A stretch of 64,000 nucleotides of DNA from Alphaproteobacteria bacterium (GTDB lineage: Bacteria > Pseudomonadota > Alphaproteobacteria > MPNO01 > UBA830), in contig OZ219791.1 of the NCBI GenBank assembly GCA_964291215.2, positions 768,001 through 832,000 of the forward strand, in the 5' to 3' direction. Positions 31,709-41,665 of the stretch are shown here, in pieces. Below the pieces are notes generated by a model. It saw nothing but the letters and a program-made list of their open reading frames with translations, did not search any database and was not told where the DNA came from. Within the stretch, counting starts at the first letter, position 1. The number at the start of each line of letters is the position of its first letter. Position numbers and translations under genes: made by a program.

Positions 31709-31790
31709 GTCCTGTCCTCCGTCGGCGGCAGGGGGATGGCGTACACAAAAACTCTACTAGCGGGGTGGTTGCGGATCAACCCGGGCGATA

Positions 31791-31972
31791 CAGGACCATT
31801 CTGTTGTCGCGATCGGCGGCGGACAACCGTGTCAGAGTGGCCGTTCTTGAAGTTGGTGGCACCGTCTCAAGGTCGGAACCGGCATATCGACAACGAAATC
31901 CGCTCCCGAATGGACCTCCAGATCTGCCTACAACGCCCCTCGTCGGACGAAACCGGACAAAAAAGAGCCCTG
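31791..31972. mobile_element. MITE family B (~183 bp), copy 2
   Basis: Inverted near-copy of 18883-19066; 10-bp TSD CCGGGCGATA / CCGGGCGATG. Confidence 0.9.
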
Positions 31973-32069
31973 CCGGGCGATGCGGCCGGGCCGTCCGTAT
32001 GGACGGCGACGGGGCATGACGGCATATTGTGCGGCGGCCGGCGACCGGGCCGGTCCTGATGTCGAGACG

Positions 32070-33623
32070 ATGCCGATGGGGCTGGGTGAAATTCTGAAAC
32101 TTGCCGCGCAACGCGCGCCGCAGAAGCCGGCGGTGGTGGGTGACGGCCTCTCGGTGACATTTGCCGAGTACGACCGGCTGGCGAACCGGTTCGCGCATTT
32201 CCTGATCTCGAACGGAGTTCGGAAGGGCGACCGCGTCGCCTGTATCCTGTTCAACGGCATCGAGTACGGGATCGTCCATTTCGGAAACGCGCGGGCGGGC
32301 AGCGTGCTCGTGCACATATCGCCGATGTATGCCGCGCCGGAAATCCTGCGCATTATCAGGCGCACCAGGCCGCGCGTCATCGTGACCGACCAAATGCATG
32401 CCGAGGCGATCGCCGAGGTTGCTGCCGGATCGGATCCTGTTGCTGCCGTCGTTGTCGTCGGGGATGACGGAGATGGCGGCGAGCCCGCCTTCCAGGCAGC
32501 CCTCACCGGACAGCCGGAGGGCGAGCCCGGCGTGGAGATCGATTCCTCGGACCCGGTGGCGATGACGTTCACGGGCGGAACCACGGGAGAGCCGAAGGGT
32601 GCCGTCGTAAGTCACGCTGCCCGCCGGGTGTCGGCCTGGACCACGGCGCTCGAGCACCGCGTGAACGGCGCGGATGTCGCTGGCGTCGTGACGCCGATGT
32701 TTCACGCCGTCGGGCTGATGATCTGGTATCAGGCGACCGTGCTCGCCGGCTGCACATCGGTGATCATCAGGAAATGGAACGCGGGCGAGTTCATTGCGCA
32801 GGTTGAGCGATACGGGATCTCGTCGGTGTTCCTGGTCCCGGTGCAGGTGCGGGACATCCTCGATTCGCCGGACTTCGACCCTCTGCGTCTGGCCTCACTC
32901 CTGAATGTCGGCGTCGGCGGCGCACCGACGCCGGCGGGGCTGATCGCCGAATGCAGAGCGGCCCTTCCCCACTGCGACTACACCGACCATTACGGACAGT
33001 CCGAGACCGGGCCCCTGACCATTCTCAAGCCGTGGCAGGCTGATGCCCATCCGGGCTCCATCGGCCAGGCTGCGGCCGGGGTCGATCTTCGCATCGTCGA
33101 CGACGACGGCATGCCGGTTGCGGCAGGGGAGGTCGGCGAACTGATCGCGCGGGGACCGTTCATGATGGACGGGTATTTCGAGGACCGCGCCGAGACCGAA
33201 CGGTATTTCAGGAAGGGCAACGGATGGGGATGGTCCGGCGACCTGGCGGTGATGGACGAGAGTGGTTTCGTCACCCTGGTCGGGCGCTCCAAGGAGATGA
33301 TCATCTCCGGCGGGATCAACATCTATCCGAGGGAGGTAGAGCAGGTTCTCGAAGCGCGCCTCGACATCGCCGACTGCGTCGTGTTCGGGGTGCCGGACGA
33401 GCGCTGGGGAGAGGCGCTGGTCGCCTATGTGGTCAGGGCGCCTAGAGCGGACGTCTCGGAAGAGGATCTGGGCCAGTACTGCACGGAGCAATTGGCCCGC
33501 TACAAGCGGCCGCGCGAGATCTCGTTCGTCGAGAGCATTCCGAAGACGCCGTCGGGCAAGGTGCAGAAGCCGCTCCTCCGCGAAGCCTATCAGGAGGACC
33601 GGCGGCGCGCCGTCGAGACCTGA
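32070..33623 (+). CDS. Acyl/aryl-CoA ligase (AMP-binding)
   Basis: FTGGTTGEPKG, YGQSETG, SGD, GRSKEMIISGG, PKTPSGK; start uncertain. Confidence 0.9.
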   Translation: MPMGLGEILKLAAQRAPQKPAVVGDGLSVTFAEYDRLANRFAHFLISNGVRKGDRVACILFNGIEYGIVHFGNARAGSVLVHISPMYAAPEILRIIRRTRPRVIVTDQMHAEAIAEVAAGSDPVAAVVVVGDDGDGGEPAFQAALTGQPEGEPGVEIDSSDPVAMTFTGGTTGEPKGAVVSHAARRVSAWTTALEHRVNGADVAGVVTPMFHAVGLMIWYQATVLAGCTSVIIRKWNAGEFIAQVERYGISSVFLVPVQVRDILDSPDFDPLRLASLLNVGVGGAPTPAGLIAECRAALPHCDYTDHYGQSETGPLTILKPWQADAHPGSIGQAAAGVDLRIVDDDGMPVAAGEVGELIARGPFMMDGYFEDRAETERYFRKGNGWGWSGDLAVMDESGFVTLVGRSKEMIISGGINIYPREVEQVLEARLDIADCVVFGVPDERWGEALVAYVVRAPRADVSEEDLGQYCTEQLARYKRPREISFVESIPKTPSGKVQKPLLREAYQEDRRRAVET

Positions 33624-33686
33624 TCGCCGGACATCGGCGCGGTTTCCTGCGGCACCGCCGCAGATGCGGTTCCGGCTGTTCCAAAA

Positions 33687-33702
33687 AGTTGCGATGTCAA
33701 CT
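33687..33702. promoter_or_regulatory. Putative MarR-type operator
   Basis: Inverted repeat AGTTG-CGATGT-CAACT followed by TATATA, upstream of the sulfatase-marR pair. Confidence 0.5.
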
Positions 33703-33755
33703 ATATATGGCGCCTTCGCCTTGTTGCTCGACGCTGCCGCTTTACGAGACCGCCG

Positions 33756-35288
33756 TTGCAGAATTCACCGAACATCCTCCTGATCACATCGGACCAGCAT
33801 CGCTGGGACTGCTTTGGATTCGAAGGGCGCCGGATCCGTACGCCGCATCTCGACCGCATGGCCGCGAACGGCACACGGTTTTCTGCCGCGATCACGCCGA
33901 ACCTGGTGTGCCAGCCGGCCCGCGCATCTATTCTCACCGGGTTGTTGCCGCTGAGCCACGGCGTCTACGACAATCATGTGAGCCTTGACGCCCGGACGGG
34001 CGAACGAGGTTGGGCCGGGCGGCTTTCAGCCGCCGGTTACCGGAGTCATTTCATTGGCAAGGGGCATTTCGGCGAAGATCCGGCCGCCACCCCCCACGGT
34101 CCGCCAGAGAGCCGCACGGAATCCGCATCGTTTCCTGACGACTGGTCCGGCCCGTACATGGGATTCGAGACCGTGGAGATGATGATTCTGGGGCACTGGC
34201 ATGATCTGCTGCCCTGTGAAGAACCGCCGCGCGGTCAGCACTTCGAACGCTGGTTCTGGGGACACGGCGGGAACGGCGAGGCATGGAGGTTGTGGGCCGA
34301 GGATTTCGGGCCGAAGCCGGCGGCGGCCCAGACCTGGTTTTCCAGGTTGCCGGCCCTGTGGCATTCGACGACCTGGGTGACCGACCGCACGCTGGCCTTC
34401 CTCGACCGGCAGCAGGGCGAACCGCCGTTCTGCCTGTGGGCCTCCTATCCTGACCCGCATCATCCGTTCGACTGTCCCGAGCCGTGGAGTCGGCTGCATG
34501 GAGCCGATGACGTCGACATTTCCCGGACCCATCGGCGCGACCTCGATCGCCGGCCCTGGTGGCACCGCGAGGCGCTCGAACGCGAACCCCTGGGCAGGAC
34601 GGAACGGGCCCGCATCCTGCGGCGGGAATACAGCCGGATCGAGCCCCAGACGGACAGGCAGCTCGCCGAGATGACCGCCAACTACTATGGCGAGATATCG
34701 TTCGTCGACGATGGCGTCGGGCGCATCCTCGAACGCCTGCGCCTGCTTGGGCTCGACAGGGACACGTTGGTCGTGTTCACGACGGACCATGGCGATCTTC
34801 TCGGAGACCACGGTCTCTACCTCAAGGGCCCGACCCCCTATGAAGGCCTGCTCCGTGTCGGGATGATCATGGCCGGACCCAGTATCCCCGAAGGTCATGT
34901 CGTCGCGGACCCCGTCTCCACGCTGGACCTCGCTGCCACCTTCTACGATCTTGTGGGCATCGATCAGCCTGAGGACATCCAGAGCCGGTCGTTGCGCCCG
35001 GTGATTGCGGGCATGCATGGCCGCGATGTGGCCTACAGCGAATGGAACATGCATCCCAGCCGCACCGGGGTCGAGCTGCAACTCCGGACCGTCCGCACCG
35101 GATCCGCGAAGCTGACGCTCGACCTGATTTCCGGCGTCGGCGAAATGTATGATCTGAAAGACGATCCGGACGAGATGGAGAACCTGTTCGACGATACCGG
35201 CCATCGGCTGCTTCGGCGCCATCTCATGGAATTGATTCGCGCGCGCCCGGGCCCGATCCTCGACCAGTTCCCCGAACACCTCGAGTGA
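33756..35288 (+). CDS. Formylglycine-dependent sulfatase
   Basis: PNILLITSDQ, CQPARASILTG (CxPxR), GKGH, DPHHP, TDHG. Confidence 0.92.
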   Translation: MQNSPNILLITSDQHRWDCFGFEGRRIRTPHLDRMAANGTRFSAAITPNLVCQPARASILTGLLPLSHGVYDNHVSLDARTGERGWAGRLSAAGYRSHFIGKGHFGEDPAATPHGPPESRTESASFPDDWSGPYMGFETVEMMILGHWHDLLPCEEPPRGQHFERWFWGHGGNGEAWRLWAEDFGPKPAAAQTWFSRLPALWHSTTWVTDRTLAFLDRQQGEPPFCLWASYPDPHHPFDCPEPWSRLHGADDVDISRTHRRDLDRRPWWHREALEREPLGRTERARILRREYSRIEPQTDRQLAEMTANYYGEISFVDDGVGRILERLRLLGLDRDTLVVFTTDHGDLLGDHGLYLKGPTPYEGLLRVGMIMAGPSIPEGHVVADPVSTLDLAATFYDLVGIDQPEDIQSRSLRPVIAGMHGRDVAYSEWNMHPSRTGVELQLRTVRTGSAKLTLDLISGVGEMYDLKDDPDEMENLFDDTGHRLLRRHLMELIRARPGPILDQFPEHLE

Positions 35289-35782
35289 GGCGCGCCTTGG
35301 CAGATCACCAACCGTCGACCGGGATCGAACCGTACAACCTCGGCGGCATTACGGGCTTCCGGATATCGCGGCTTTCCAACAGGCTCACGCGCTGGGCGGC
35401 CCGGGTCTATGACCGCGAGTTCGGGGTCAGCGTGCTGGAATGGAGGATCACGGCCTCGCTCGGGTTGCTTGGCCAGGCGACCGCCAGCGAAATTGCCGAC
35501 CTCGCCGTGCTCGACAAGAGCAACGTAAGCCGCACCGTTCGCCGGCTGCTCGAACGCGGGTTCGTCGAGCGGTCTGATCATCCGGACGACAGCCGCAAGA
35601 AGGTTCTCTCGCTGACCCCGGAAGGACGGGCCTTGCACGAACGCATCGCGCGGCGGTCACAAGAGCGCGAGACCCTGCTGTTCGAGGGTTGGAGCGAGGC
35701 CGATCGCGGGAAGTTCCTGTCTCTTGCCGAACGGCTGGACGCACGGGCCACAGAACTCGTCGAAAGCACACAGGGCCGGTAA
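35285..35782 (+). CDS. MarR family transcriptional regulator
   Basis: DKSNVSRTVRRL..GFVER..PDDSRKKVLSLTPEG. Confidence 0.92.
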   Translation: MRRALADHQPSTGIEPYNLGGITGFRISRLSNRLTRWAARVYDREFGVSVLEWRITASLGLLGQATASEIADLAVLDKSNVSRTVRRLLERGFVERSDHPDDSRKKVLSLTPEGRALHERIARRSQERETLLFEGWSEADRGKFLSLAERLDARATELVESTQGR

Positions 35783-35833
35783 GGCGAGGCTCGGACTGCG
35801 GTCATGGTGCGGGCCGGATGACGAACGGCGACG

Positions 35834-37468
35834 TCAGGTCGTTACCGCTTCGATCTCGTGCGATTCGAGGTCGAAGGCGGCGGCCATGAGCGCCCGGGTG
35901 TAGTCCTCTCGGGGGGCCTCGAAGATCTCGGCGGCCGGTCCCTGCTCCACCACCCGGCCATCCTTCAGCACGATCAGTTCGTCGGCCAGGGCGCGCACCA
36001 CTTTCAGATCGTGGCTGATGAACAGATAGGCCAACCGATAGCGCTCCTGCAGGTCGGAAAGAAGTTCGATGATTTGTGCTTGGACCGAGACATCGAGCGC
36101 CGAGGTCGGCTCGTCGAGTACGACGAGCTTCGGTTTCAGGGCCATCGCCCGGGCGATGGCGATCCGCTGGCGCTGCCCTCCGGAGAATTCGTGCGGATAG
36201 CGGTCTTGGGTAACGGGGTCGAGCCCGACTTCGCGCAGGGTTTCTCCGATCACGCCACGCCGTGCCTCGTAGTCTTCGGCGACGAGGCTGTGGACCTGCA
36301 GACCCTCCTCGATGATCTGGCCGACGGACATCCGGGGCGAGAGCGAGGAGAATGGATCCTGGAACACGATCTGCATCTCGCGGCGCAGCGGACGCATGGC
36401 TTTCCAGCCGTTGGCGTCGATGCGCTGTCCGCGAAAGCTGATCGCGCCTTCGCTGCGTTCTAGCCGCAGGAGCCCCATAGCGAGCGTGGTCTTGCCGGAG
36501 CCCGACTCGCCAACGACCCCGATCGTCTGGCCCTCGCATATCCGGATGTCGACGCCGTCCACGGCCCGGACATGCCCGACCGTGCGCCGCAATATTCCCC
36601 TGCGGATCGGAAACCATATGCGCAGGCCGTCGGCCCGGATCACGTCCGGCGCCCCGTCGCGGGCAGGGGTCTGGCGCCGTTTCGGTTCGGAGGCGATCAG
36701 GTGGCGCGTGTAGGCGTGTTCCGGGCTCCCGAATATCCGCGCCGTGCCGCCGGTCTCGACGATTTCGCCGTCGGTCATCACGCAGACGCGGTCGGCGGTT
36801 TTCCGGACGATGCCGAGGTCATGCGTGATCAGGAGCATCGACATTCCGCGCTCGCGCTGGAGGCGCCGCAGCAGCGCCAGGATCTGGGCTTGGATGGTCA
36901 CGTCGAGCGCCGTCGTCGGCTCGTCGGCGATGAGCAGATCGGGATCGTTGGCCAGCGCCATCGCGATCATGACGCGCTGGCGCTGGCCGCCGGAGAGTTG
37001 GTGGGGATAGGAACGCAGCCGGGTCTCGGCATCGGGAAGGCCGACCTCTTCGAGAAGTTCCACGATACGGTCCCGCGCCGAGGTCCTGCCGAGCTTCTTG
37101 TGAACCGCGAGGATCTCGCCGACCTGCTTTTCGATGGTGTGCAGCGGGTTGAGCGAACTCAGCGGCTCCTGAAAGATGATCGCGACCCGGTTGCCGCGTA
37201 TCTCGCGCATCCGCGAAGCCGGGGCGCCTACGATCTCTTCGTCCTCGAGCCTGACCGAACCCGAGGGATGATGCGCCGTCGGATAGGGCAGAAGTTGAAG
37301 CAGCGAGAGCGCGGTCACCGTTTTTCCCGAACCCGACTCGCCGACCAGGGCCACTGTCTCTCCCTTGCCGATGTCGAAGGAGATATGCCGCACTGCGCGC
37401 ACCTCGTTGCCCCCGTGTCCGAACGATACCGACAGGTCGTCCACCTCGACGAGGGCGCGGTCAGTCAC
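35834..37468 (-). CDS. yejF: Peptide ABC transporter ATP-binding protein with two ATPase domains
   Basis: Two GESGSGKT and SGGQRQR motifs. Confidence 0.88.
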   Translation of the reverse strand: MTDRALVEVDDLSVSFGHGGNEVRAVRHISFDIGKGETVALVGESGSGKTVTALSLLQLLPYPTAHHPSGSVRLEDEEIVGAPASRMREIRGNRVAIIFQEPLSSLNPLHTIEKQVGEILAVHKKLGRTSARDRIVELLEEVGLPDAETRLRSYPHQLSGGQRQRVMIAMALANDPDLLIADEPTTALDVTIQAQILALLRRLQRERGMSMLLITHDLGIVRKTADRVCVMTDGEIVETGGTARIFGSPEHAYTRHLIASEPKRRQTPARDGAPDVIRADGLRIWFPIRRGILRRTVGHVRAVDGVDIRICEGQTIGVVGESGSGKTTLAMGLLRLERSEGAISFRGQRIDANGWKAMRPLRREMQIVFQDPFSSLSPRMSVGQIIEEGLQVHSLVAEDYEARRGVIGETLREVGLDPVTQDRYPHEFSGGQRQRIAIARAMALKPKLVVLDEPTSALDVSVQAQIIELLSDLQERYRLAYLFISHDLKVVRALADELIVLKDGRVVEQGPAAEIFEAPREDYTRALMAAAFDLESHEIEAVTT

Positions 37469-38552
37469 CGAACGTCTTCCTCGGATCGAATACGTCGCGC
37501 ACGGCTTCGCCGACGAAGATCAGCAGCATGAGGGTAAGTGAGATGCTGACCGTGGAAGTCAGGCCCAGCCATGGCGCCTGCAGGTTGGACTTCCCCTGCT
37601 GCAGCAGCTCGCCAAGTGAAGGCGCGCCGGGCGGCATGCCGAGCCCTAGGAAGTCGAGTGCCGTCAGGCTGGTGATCGAGCCGGTGAGGATCAGCGGCAG
37701 AAAGGTCAGGGTCGCCACCATCGCGTTCGGAAGAACGTGGCGGTACATGATGGCGGCATTGCTCACACCGAGCGCGCGGGCGGCCTTGACGAATTCGAAG
37801 TTCCGCGCCCGCAGGAACTCGGCCCGGACCACTCCGACCAGCGCCGTCCAGCCGAACAGCAGCAGGATCAGGAGCAAGGTCCAGAAGCCGGGAATGATCA
37901 CGCTGGAAAGGATGATCAGGATGTAGAGCTGCGGCAGCCCGCCCCAGATCTCGATGAAGCGCTGAAAGAAGAGATCGAGCCGGCCACCGAAATAACCCTG
38001 GACGGCGCCGGCGGTGACGCCGATGGCGGACCCCAGCGCCGTCAGGATCAGGCCGAACAGGACCGACAGGCGAAAGCCGTAGATCACGCGGGCAAGAACA
38101 TCCCGGCCCTGGTCGTCGGTGCCAAGCACGTTGTCCGCCGAGGGCGGCGCCGGCGCGGGCACGCGCAGATTGAGGTTCACGGTGTTGTGGCTGTAGGCGA
38201 TCAGCGGCCAGACCGTCCAGCCGCCCTTTCCCGCAATCAGTTCCTGTACCTCGGGCTCCCGGTATTCGGCCTCGGTCTCGAACACGCCGCCGAATTCGGT
38301 CTCGGGATAGGTCTGGAGCACCGGCAGGTAGAGCCTGCCATCATACCAGACCACGAGCGGGCGGTCATTGGCGATGAATTCGGCGGGCAGTGTCAGGATG
38401 AACAGGGCGAGGAATATCCAGAGCGACCAGAAGCCTCGTCGGTTGCGGCGGAAATTCTGAAGGCGCCGCCGGTTCAGCGGAGACAGGCCGATGCCAAACA
38501 GGCGACGGCCGGTCCGGTGCGGCCACACGGATGTGGACGGCGCGCTAGACAT
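37461..38552 (-). CDS. yejE: Peptide ABC transporter permease
   Basis: AEFIANDRP, YPETEFGG, LGTDDQGRDV. Confidence 0.9.
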   Translation of the reverse strand: MSSAPSTSVWPHRTGRRLFGIGLSPLNRRRLQNFRRNRRGFWSLWIFLALFILTLPAEFIANDRPLVVWYDGRLYLPVLQTYPETEFGGVFETEAEYREPEVQELIAGKGGWTVWPLIAYSHNTVNLNLRVPAPAPPSADNVLGTDDQGRDVLARVIYGFRLSVLFGLILTALGSAIGVTAGAVQGYFGGRLDLFFQRFIEIWGGLPQLYILIILSSVIIPGFWTLLLILLLFGWTALVGVVRAEFLRARNFEFVKAARALGVSNAAIMYRHVLPNAMVATLTFLPLILTGSITSLTALDFLGLGMPPGAPSLGELLQQGKSNLQAPWLGLTSTVSISLTLMLLIFVGEAVRDVFDPRKTFGD

Positions 38553-39654
38553 TGCGACTCTCGAAATCGATGCGCGGATCGATAATGGTATAGGTCAGGT
38601 CGCCGATCAGGTTCATCACCAGTCCGAGCAGCGTGAAGAAATAGACCGTGGCGAACATGATCGGATAGTCGCGCTTGATCGCCGCCTCGAAGCCCAGAAG
38701 GCCGAGCCCGTCGAGGGAGAAGATGATCTCGATCAGCATGGCGCCGGTGAACAGGATGCCGACGAACGCCGACGGGAAGCCGGCAATGACGATCAGCATG
38801 GCGTTGCGGAACACGTGGCCGTAAAGCACCCGCCGTTCGGTCAGTCCCTTGGCGCGCGCCGTCTGCACGTAGAGCATGTTGACCTGGTCGAGGTAGGAGT
38901 TCTTGGTCAGCATCGTTAGCGACAGGAACCCGCCAAGAACAAGGGCCGTGACCGGCAGGACAAGATGCCAGAGATAGTCGACGACCTTGGCGGCCAGCGA
39001 AAGCTCGTGAAAGTTCTCTGACGTAAGTCCGCGAAGCGGGAACCAGTCGAGGAACGTGCCGCCGGCAAAGAACATGATCAGCACGATCGCAAGCACGAAT
39101 GACGGGATGGCGAAACCGACCGTCAGCACCGTCGTGGTCCAGGCGTCGAACCGTGTGCCGTCGAGGACGGCCTTTCGGATGCCGAGCGGAATGCAGACCA
39201 GGTAGACAAGCAGCGTGGTCCACAACCCGAGCGAGATCGAGACCGGCATCTTCGACAGCACGAGATCGACCACGGTCTCGTCGCGGAAATAGCTGGTGCC
39301 GAAATCGAAGCGGATGAAGTTGCCCATCATGAGCAGGAACCGCTCGTGCAACGGCTTGTCAAAGCCGAACTGCTGCTCGAGTTCCCTGATGAAATCGGGA
39401 TCGAGGCCCTGGGCGCCGCGGTAGCCGCTGTCCGCTGCCGGCTCTCCCGAGACGGCCGCCGTCGCGGCGCTCGACACCTCGCTGCCGGATCCGCTTATGC
39501 GTCCGGTGGTGCCGCTGTCGATGCCTGTAAGCTCTGCGATTATCTGTTCGATCGGTCCGCCGGGCGCGAGCTGCACTACCGCGAAATTGATGATCATAAT
39601 CCCGATCAGCGTCGGAACCATGAGCAGCAGACGGCGCACGATGTAGGCAAGCAT
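38545..39654 (-). CDS. yejB: Peptide ABC transporter permease
   Basis: YRGAQGLDP, FGFDKP, TARAKGL, DPRIDFE. Confidence 0.92.
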   Translation of the reverse strand: MLAYIVRRLLLMVPTLIGIMIINFAVVQLAPGGPIEQIIAELTGIDSGTTGRISGSGSEVSSAATAAVSGEPAADSGYRGAQGLDPDFIRELEQQFGFDKPLHERFLLMMGNFIRFDFGTSYFRDETVVDLVLSKMPVSISLGLWTTLLVYLVCIPLGIRKAVLDGTRFDAWTTTVLTVGFAIPSFVLAIVLIMFFAGGTFLDWFPLRGLTSENFHELSLAAKVVDYLWHLVLPVTALVLGGFLSLTMLTKNSYLDQVNMLYVQTARAKGLTERRVLYGHVFRNAMLIVIAGFPSAFVGILFTGAMLIEIIFSLDGLGLLGFEAAIKRDYPIMFATVYFFTLLGLVMNLIGDLTYTIIDPRIDFESRNV

Positions 39655-39674
39655 GCGTCAGTGGTCGGGGAGAG

Positions 39675-41549
39675 TCACGGCGGCGGCAGCGCGCCGGGCG
39701 GTTTCGGCGGCGCCGCGCCGCGCGCGATCATCCGGGCCTTGGCGGGGTCACGCCACCAGGTGTCGAGCACCCCCATGCCGCTGTCGAAACCTGGTGCGAT
39801 TGCGGGACGGCCGAACTTGTTCCAGTAGGCGAAGTTGTGCCGGTCGTTGTACCACTGGGTCACGACATAGCGGTTCCACATCAGCGCTCGATCGAGGGCG
39901 CGGATCGCCGTCACGAGTTCCTTCCGGGTTGCGGCCGCGATTGCCGTCTCGATCAGCGCGTCGACGGCCGGATCCCTTATACCGCCGATGTTGAGGGACC
40001 CCTCGACGCTGGCGGCCGCAGAGCCGAAATAGCTGCGCTGCTCGAGACCCGGCGTCAGCGGCTGGAGGAGGCGGTGGACGACGACATCGAAGTCGAACGT
40101 GTCCTGACGCCGCTTGAAATTCGCGACATCGACGATGCGGATCGTGGCCTGGATGCCGAGGCGCTTGAGATTGGCGATGTAGGGATTGATGATGCGGGTG
40201 AAGGTCGTCTCGTAGAGGAGAAACTCGATGGTGAGCGGCCGGTCGTCGCCGTCGTGCAGTACGCCGTCCCTGATCCTGTATCCGGCCTCCTTCAGCAGAC
40301 GTGCCGCCTTCCTGAGGTTGGTGCGGGTGTTTCCCGAACCGTCGGTGACGGGTGCGCGAAAGGGCGTCGTGAAAACCTCGTCCGGCACCTTGCCGCGAAA
40401 CGGCTCGAGGAGTGCGAGTTCGGCTTCGGACGGCGGCTGCCGCGCAGCCATGCCCGAGTTCTCGAACATCGAGTTGGTGCGCTTGTAGAGGCCGAAGAAC
40501 AGCGTCCGATTGGTCCATTCGAAATCGAACGCGAGATCGAGCGCTTGGCGGACGCGGATATCGCCAAATTTGAACCGGCGCAGGTTCAGAATGAAGGCCT
40601 GGGTGCCCGACGGCGTATTGTCGGGCAGCGTCTCGCGAACGATCAGGCCCTTGCGGACCGGCGGCTTGCCGTACTGGGTGGCCCATTGCCGCGAGGTGAA
40701 TTCCATGCGGAAGTCGTATTGTTGCGAGAAGAAGGCTTGGAAGGCGACTTCGCGATCCCGGTAGTAGTCGACGATGATCCTGTCGAAGTTGTACCGCCCG
40801 CGATTCACGGGGAGATCGCGCGCCCAATAGTCCGGGACGCGCACATAGGCGACAGAGCGGCCCGGCTCGAGGCGGTCGATCCGGTAGGGGCCGCTCGAGA
40901 GCGGTGCATCGAACGTCGTCCGGTCGAAGGCATGCCGGCTGTAATAGGCCTTCGACAGGACCGGGAGCAGCGCGAGCCTCGTCGGGAGATCGCGGTGGCG
41001 GCCCGGCCTGAAGACGAAGCGCACGCGCAGCGGCGCCGTGACCTCGGCGTGCGCCACGTCGCGGTAGAGCGTGCGGTAGCGGGGGTGCCCCTTGGTGCGC
41101 AGGATGTCGAACGTGAACGCGATGTCCTTGGCGGTCACGGCCGAACCGTCGTTGAAGCGGGCCGACGGATCGATGTTGAACGCGACCCACCGGCCGTCGT
41201 CGGGGAGCTCCACCGTCCTCGCGACCAGCCCGTAGAGGGCATCGGGCTCGTCATAGGCGCGCGTCATCAGCGTATCGAAGAGTAACTGCTCCGCGAACAC
41301 CTCTTCCCGCCCCTTCAGGATGAAGGGGTTGACGGTCTCGAAAGTGTCGAGGCCGGCGACCCTGATCTCTCCGCCCTTCGGCGCGGCCGGGTCGGCATAC
41401 GCGAAATGCCGGAAACCGGGCGGGTACTTCAGGCTGCCGAATACGCTGAGGCCATGCCGCGGAGCCGGGCCGTCCGCGGCGGCCGGCGCCGTGACCGCTG
41501 CAGCGGCGATGAGCAAGCAGGCGAGGAAAGCTGTCGGTCGAAGTCTCAT
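39675..41549 (-). CDS. yejA: Peptide ABC transporter substrate-binding protein
   Basis: KYPPGFRHFAYADPAAPKGG, DYWARDLPVNRGRYNFD, DTWW. Confidence 0.9.
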   Translation of the reverse strand: MRLRPTAFLACLLIAAAAVTAPAAADGPAPRHGLSVFGSLKYPPGFRHFAYADPAAPKGGEIRVAGLDTFETVNPFILKGREEVFAEQLLFDTLMTRAYDEPDALYGLVARTVELPDDGRWVAFNIDPSARFNDGSAVTAKDIAFTFDILRTKGHPRYRTLYRDVAHAEVTAPLRVRFVFRPGRHRDLPTRLALLPVLSKAYYSRHAFDRTTFDAPLSSGPYRIDRLEPGRSVAYVRVPDYWARDLPVNRGRYNFDRIIVDYYRDREVAFQAFFSQQYDFRMEFTSRQWATQYGKPPVRKGLIVRETLPDNTPSGTQAFILNLRRFKFGDIRVRQALDLAFDFEWTNRTLFFGLYKRTNSMFENSGMAARQPPSEAELALLEPFRGKVPDEVFTTPFRAPVTDGSGNTRTNLRKAARLLKEAGYRIRDGVLHDGDDRPLTIEFLLYETTFTRIINPYIANLKRLGIQATIRIVDVANFKRRQDTFDFDVVVHRLLQPLTPGLEQRSYFGSAAASVEGSLNIGGIRDPAVDALIETAIAAATRKELVTAIRALDRALMWNRYVVTQWYNDRHNFAYWNKFGRPAIAPGFDSGMGVLDTWWRDPAKARMIARGAAPPKPPGALPPP

Positions 41550-41665
41550 GCCGGGCGGGTCTTCGATCTGGTCCGGGGCGCGCCGGCCAGCGCGCCGGGC
41601 TGGTTCCATCCTAGTCGCAACCGTGTCCGAAGTCACAGCCATGCGTGGCATGCCGGTGCCTCGAT

